A DNA stretch of 64,000 nucleotides, from contig NW_024704743.1 in NCBI RefSeq assembly GCF_018977255.1, forward strand, positions 33,234,001 through 33,298,000, in the 5' to 3' direction. This DNA is from Callorhinchus milii (taxonomy: Eukaryota). This document shows, piece by piece, positions 62,947 through 64,000 of this stretch. The stretch's first letter is position 1; each line of letters begins with the position of its first letter. The position numbers and the translations under genes are program-made. The notes below the pieces were generated by a model, which saw only the letters and a program-made list of their open reading frames with translations, searched no databases and was not told where the DNA came from.

Positions 62947-63010
62947 AATATGCACTTAGTTGAAGGCGAGATGGAAACTCTTCTGGGAGAATTTCACATT
63001 AAGATGAAAG
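62947..63010 (+). CDS. RIPOR2: RIPOR2 coding exon G (64 nt; NMHLVEGEMETLLGEFHIKMK+G); gene continues beyond the window
   Basis: ccctttactctcag acceptor. Similar to human NMCTIEVELENLLGEFSIKMKG. Donor is AAG|gcaagt (GC donor), phase 1. Confidence 0.92.
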
Positions 63011-63357
63011 GCAAGTATCAACAGAATTAAAAATAGCAGAATTTTCCTGTGCTGATAGCACATCTTGAATACCTGGGTTATTGCTAGAATATGATGATTC
63101 GTATGATTTATGGAAAATAGTAGAATGCTCTTGAATTTTTCAATAACCAGAAAAATTTGTTTGAAAGTAATTTTTGAAATGGACAGAAATATGGTAGGTT
63201 CCATAGGCAAACCTCAGTTTTGAATCAATCAGGTTTGCTTTATTCATCTCTTATATAAATGCAGCTATCCTCAATTTTTCCCTCTTCTCTTCTTTCCTTT
63301 CCTCTCATTTCAGGGGTTTGGTCCCACAGTCACTTCAGTACCTTACCTTACCTTCAC

Positions 63358-63982
63358 CCTGGCTCATTTCATAACATTCTCAGAAAGGTTGTAGGTTCAA
63401 GTCCCACATTAGGACTTTGATCTCACAGTCTAAGCTGACACTCCAGTGCAGTGCTGGGGGTGTGCTGCAATGACAAATATGCTGTTCTTCAGATGAGACG
63501 TTAAACGGAGGTCTACCTGTTCAGGTGGAAGTTAAAGATCCCATGACATGATTCTAAAAAAGAAGAGAATTTATCCCAATGTCCTAGTCAACAATCCTCC
63601 AAATAAAATTGGTCAGTCATTTCATGTCTGTTTGTGGGTTCTTTGAGTAAATGTTGAACCATGGAGAGCAGAAAGGCAAGTCGGCTGTCACTTTCAACAA
63701 CAACTTGCACTTATATAGCGTCCTTCATGCAGGGTAGCAACTCAGAGCGCTTAACAGCGGTGGAGCCTGACTATAAGCGAGGGGGCAGGTGGCCGTAAGC
63801 ACGGTCGAAGAGGAAAGTTTTCAGGCGGGACGTGAAAGAGGGACATGAAAGCCACACTAGGTTGCTTTCGCCCACAAAATACATATTCACTACACTTCAC
63901 ATAAAATCCTGTGAAGCACTTTGAGGCATGGTCCTAATGCAAATGTTACTATATCAAATGCATGGATTATTATTTATTATTA
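63358..63982 (+). mobile_element. Deu-domain SINE interrupted by a minus-strand L2 3' fragment (~63695-63850)
   Basis: Head and Deu core at 63358-63640, tail resumes at ~63860-63982. The L2 tail lies between them in the opposite orientation. Confidence 0.78.
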
Positions 63983-64000
63983 CCTTCTCTAGGTAGCCAT

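Overview
Eukaryotic (vertebrate) genomic DNA. The repeat landscape (Deu-domain SINEs, L2, CR1, Tx1, a Penelope-type foldback) suggests a cartilaginous fish, possibly a chimaera such as elephant shark; this is inference. The only host gene I can support is RIPOR2 (FAM65B) on the + strand. Seven coding exons between about 53.4 and 63.0 kb splice into 209 uninterrupted codons of the N-terminal RhoA-binding region, and the gene continues past the window end. The last exon uses a GC splice donor. The first ~53 kb is most likely 5' intronic/upstream sequence of RIPOR2, with a few candidate alternative first exons. It is dense in retroposons: a 5'-truncated ~2.1 kb L2, two SINE families sharing a 3' end, CR1 and Tx1 fragments, MITE-like palindromes and a G-rich 22-bp minisatellite. 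I found no CRISPR array, prokaryotic system or intact autonomous transposon, and I cannot support a wholly new biological system. The best leads are a covarying 3' stem-loop shared by three retroposon tail types, a Tx1/L2-tail composite, modular SINE evolution and non-canonical RIPOR2 splicing features. Repeat boundaries are approximate, and family names and human comparisons come from memory, not database searches.
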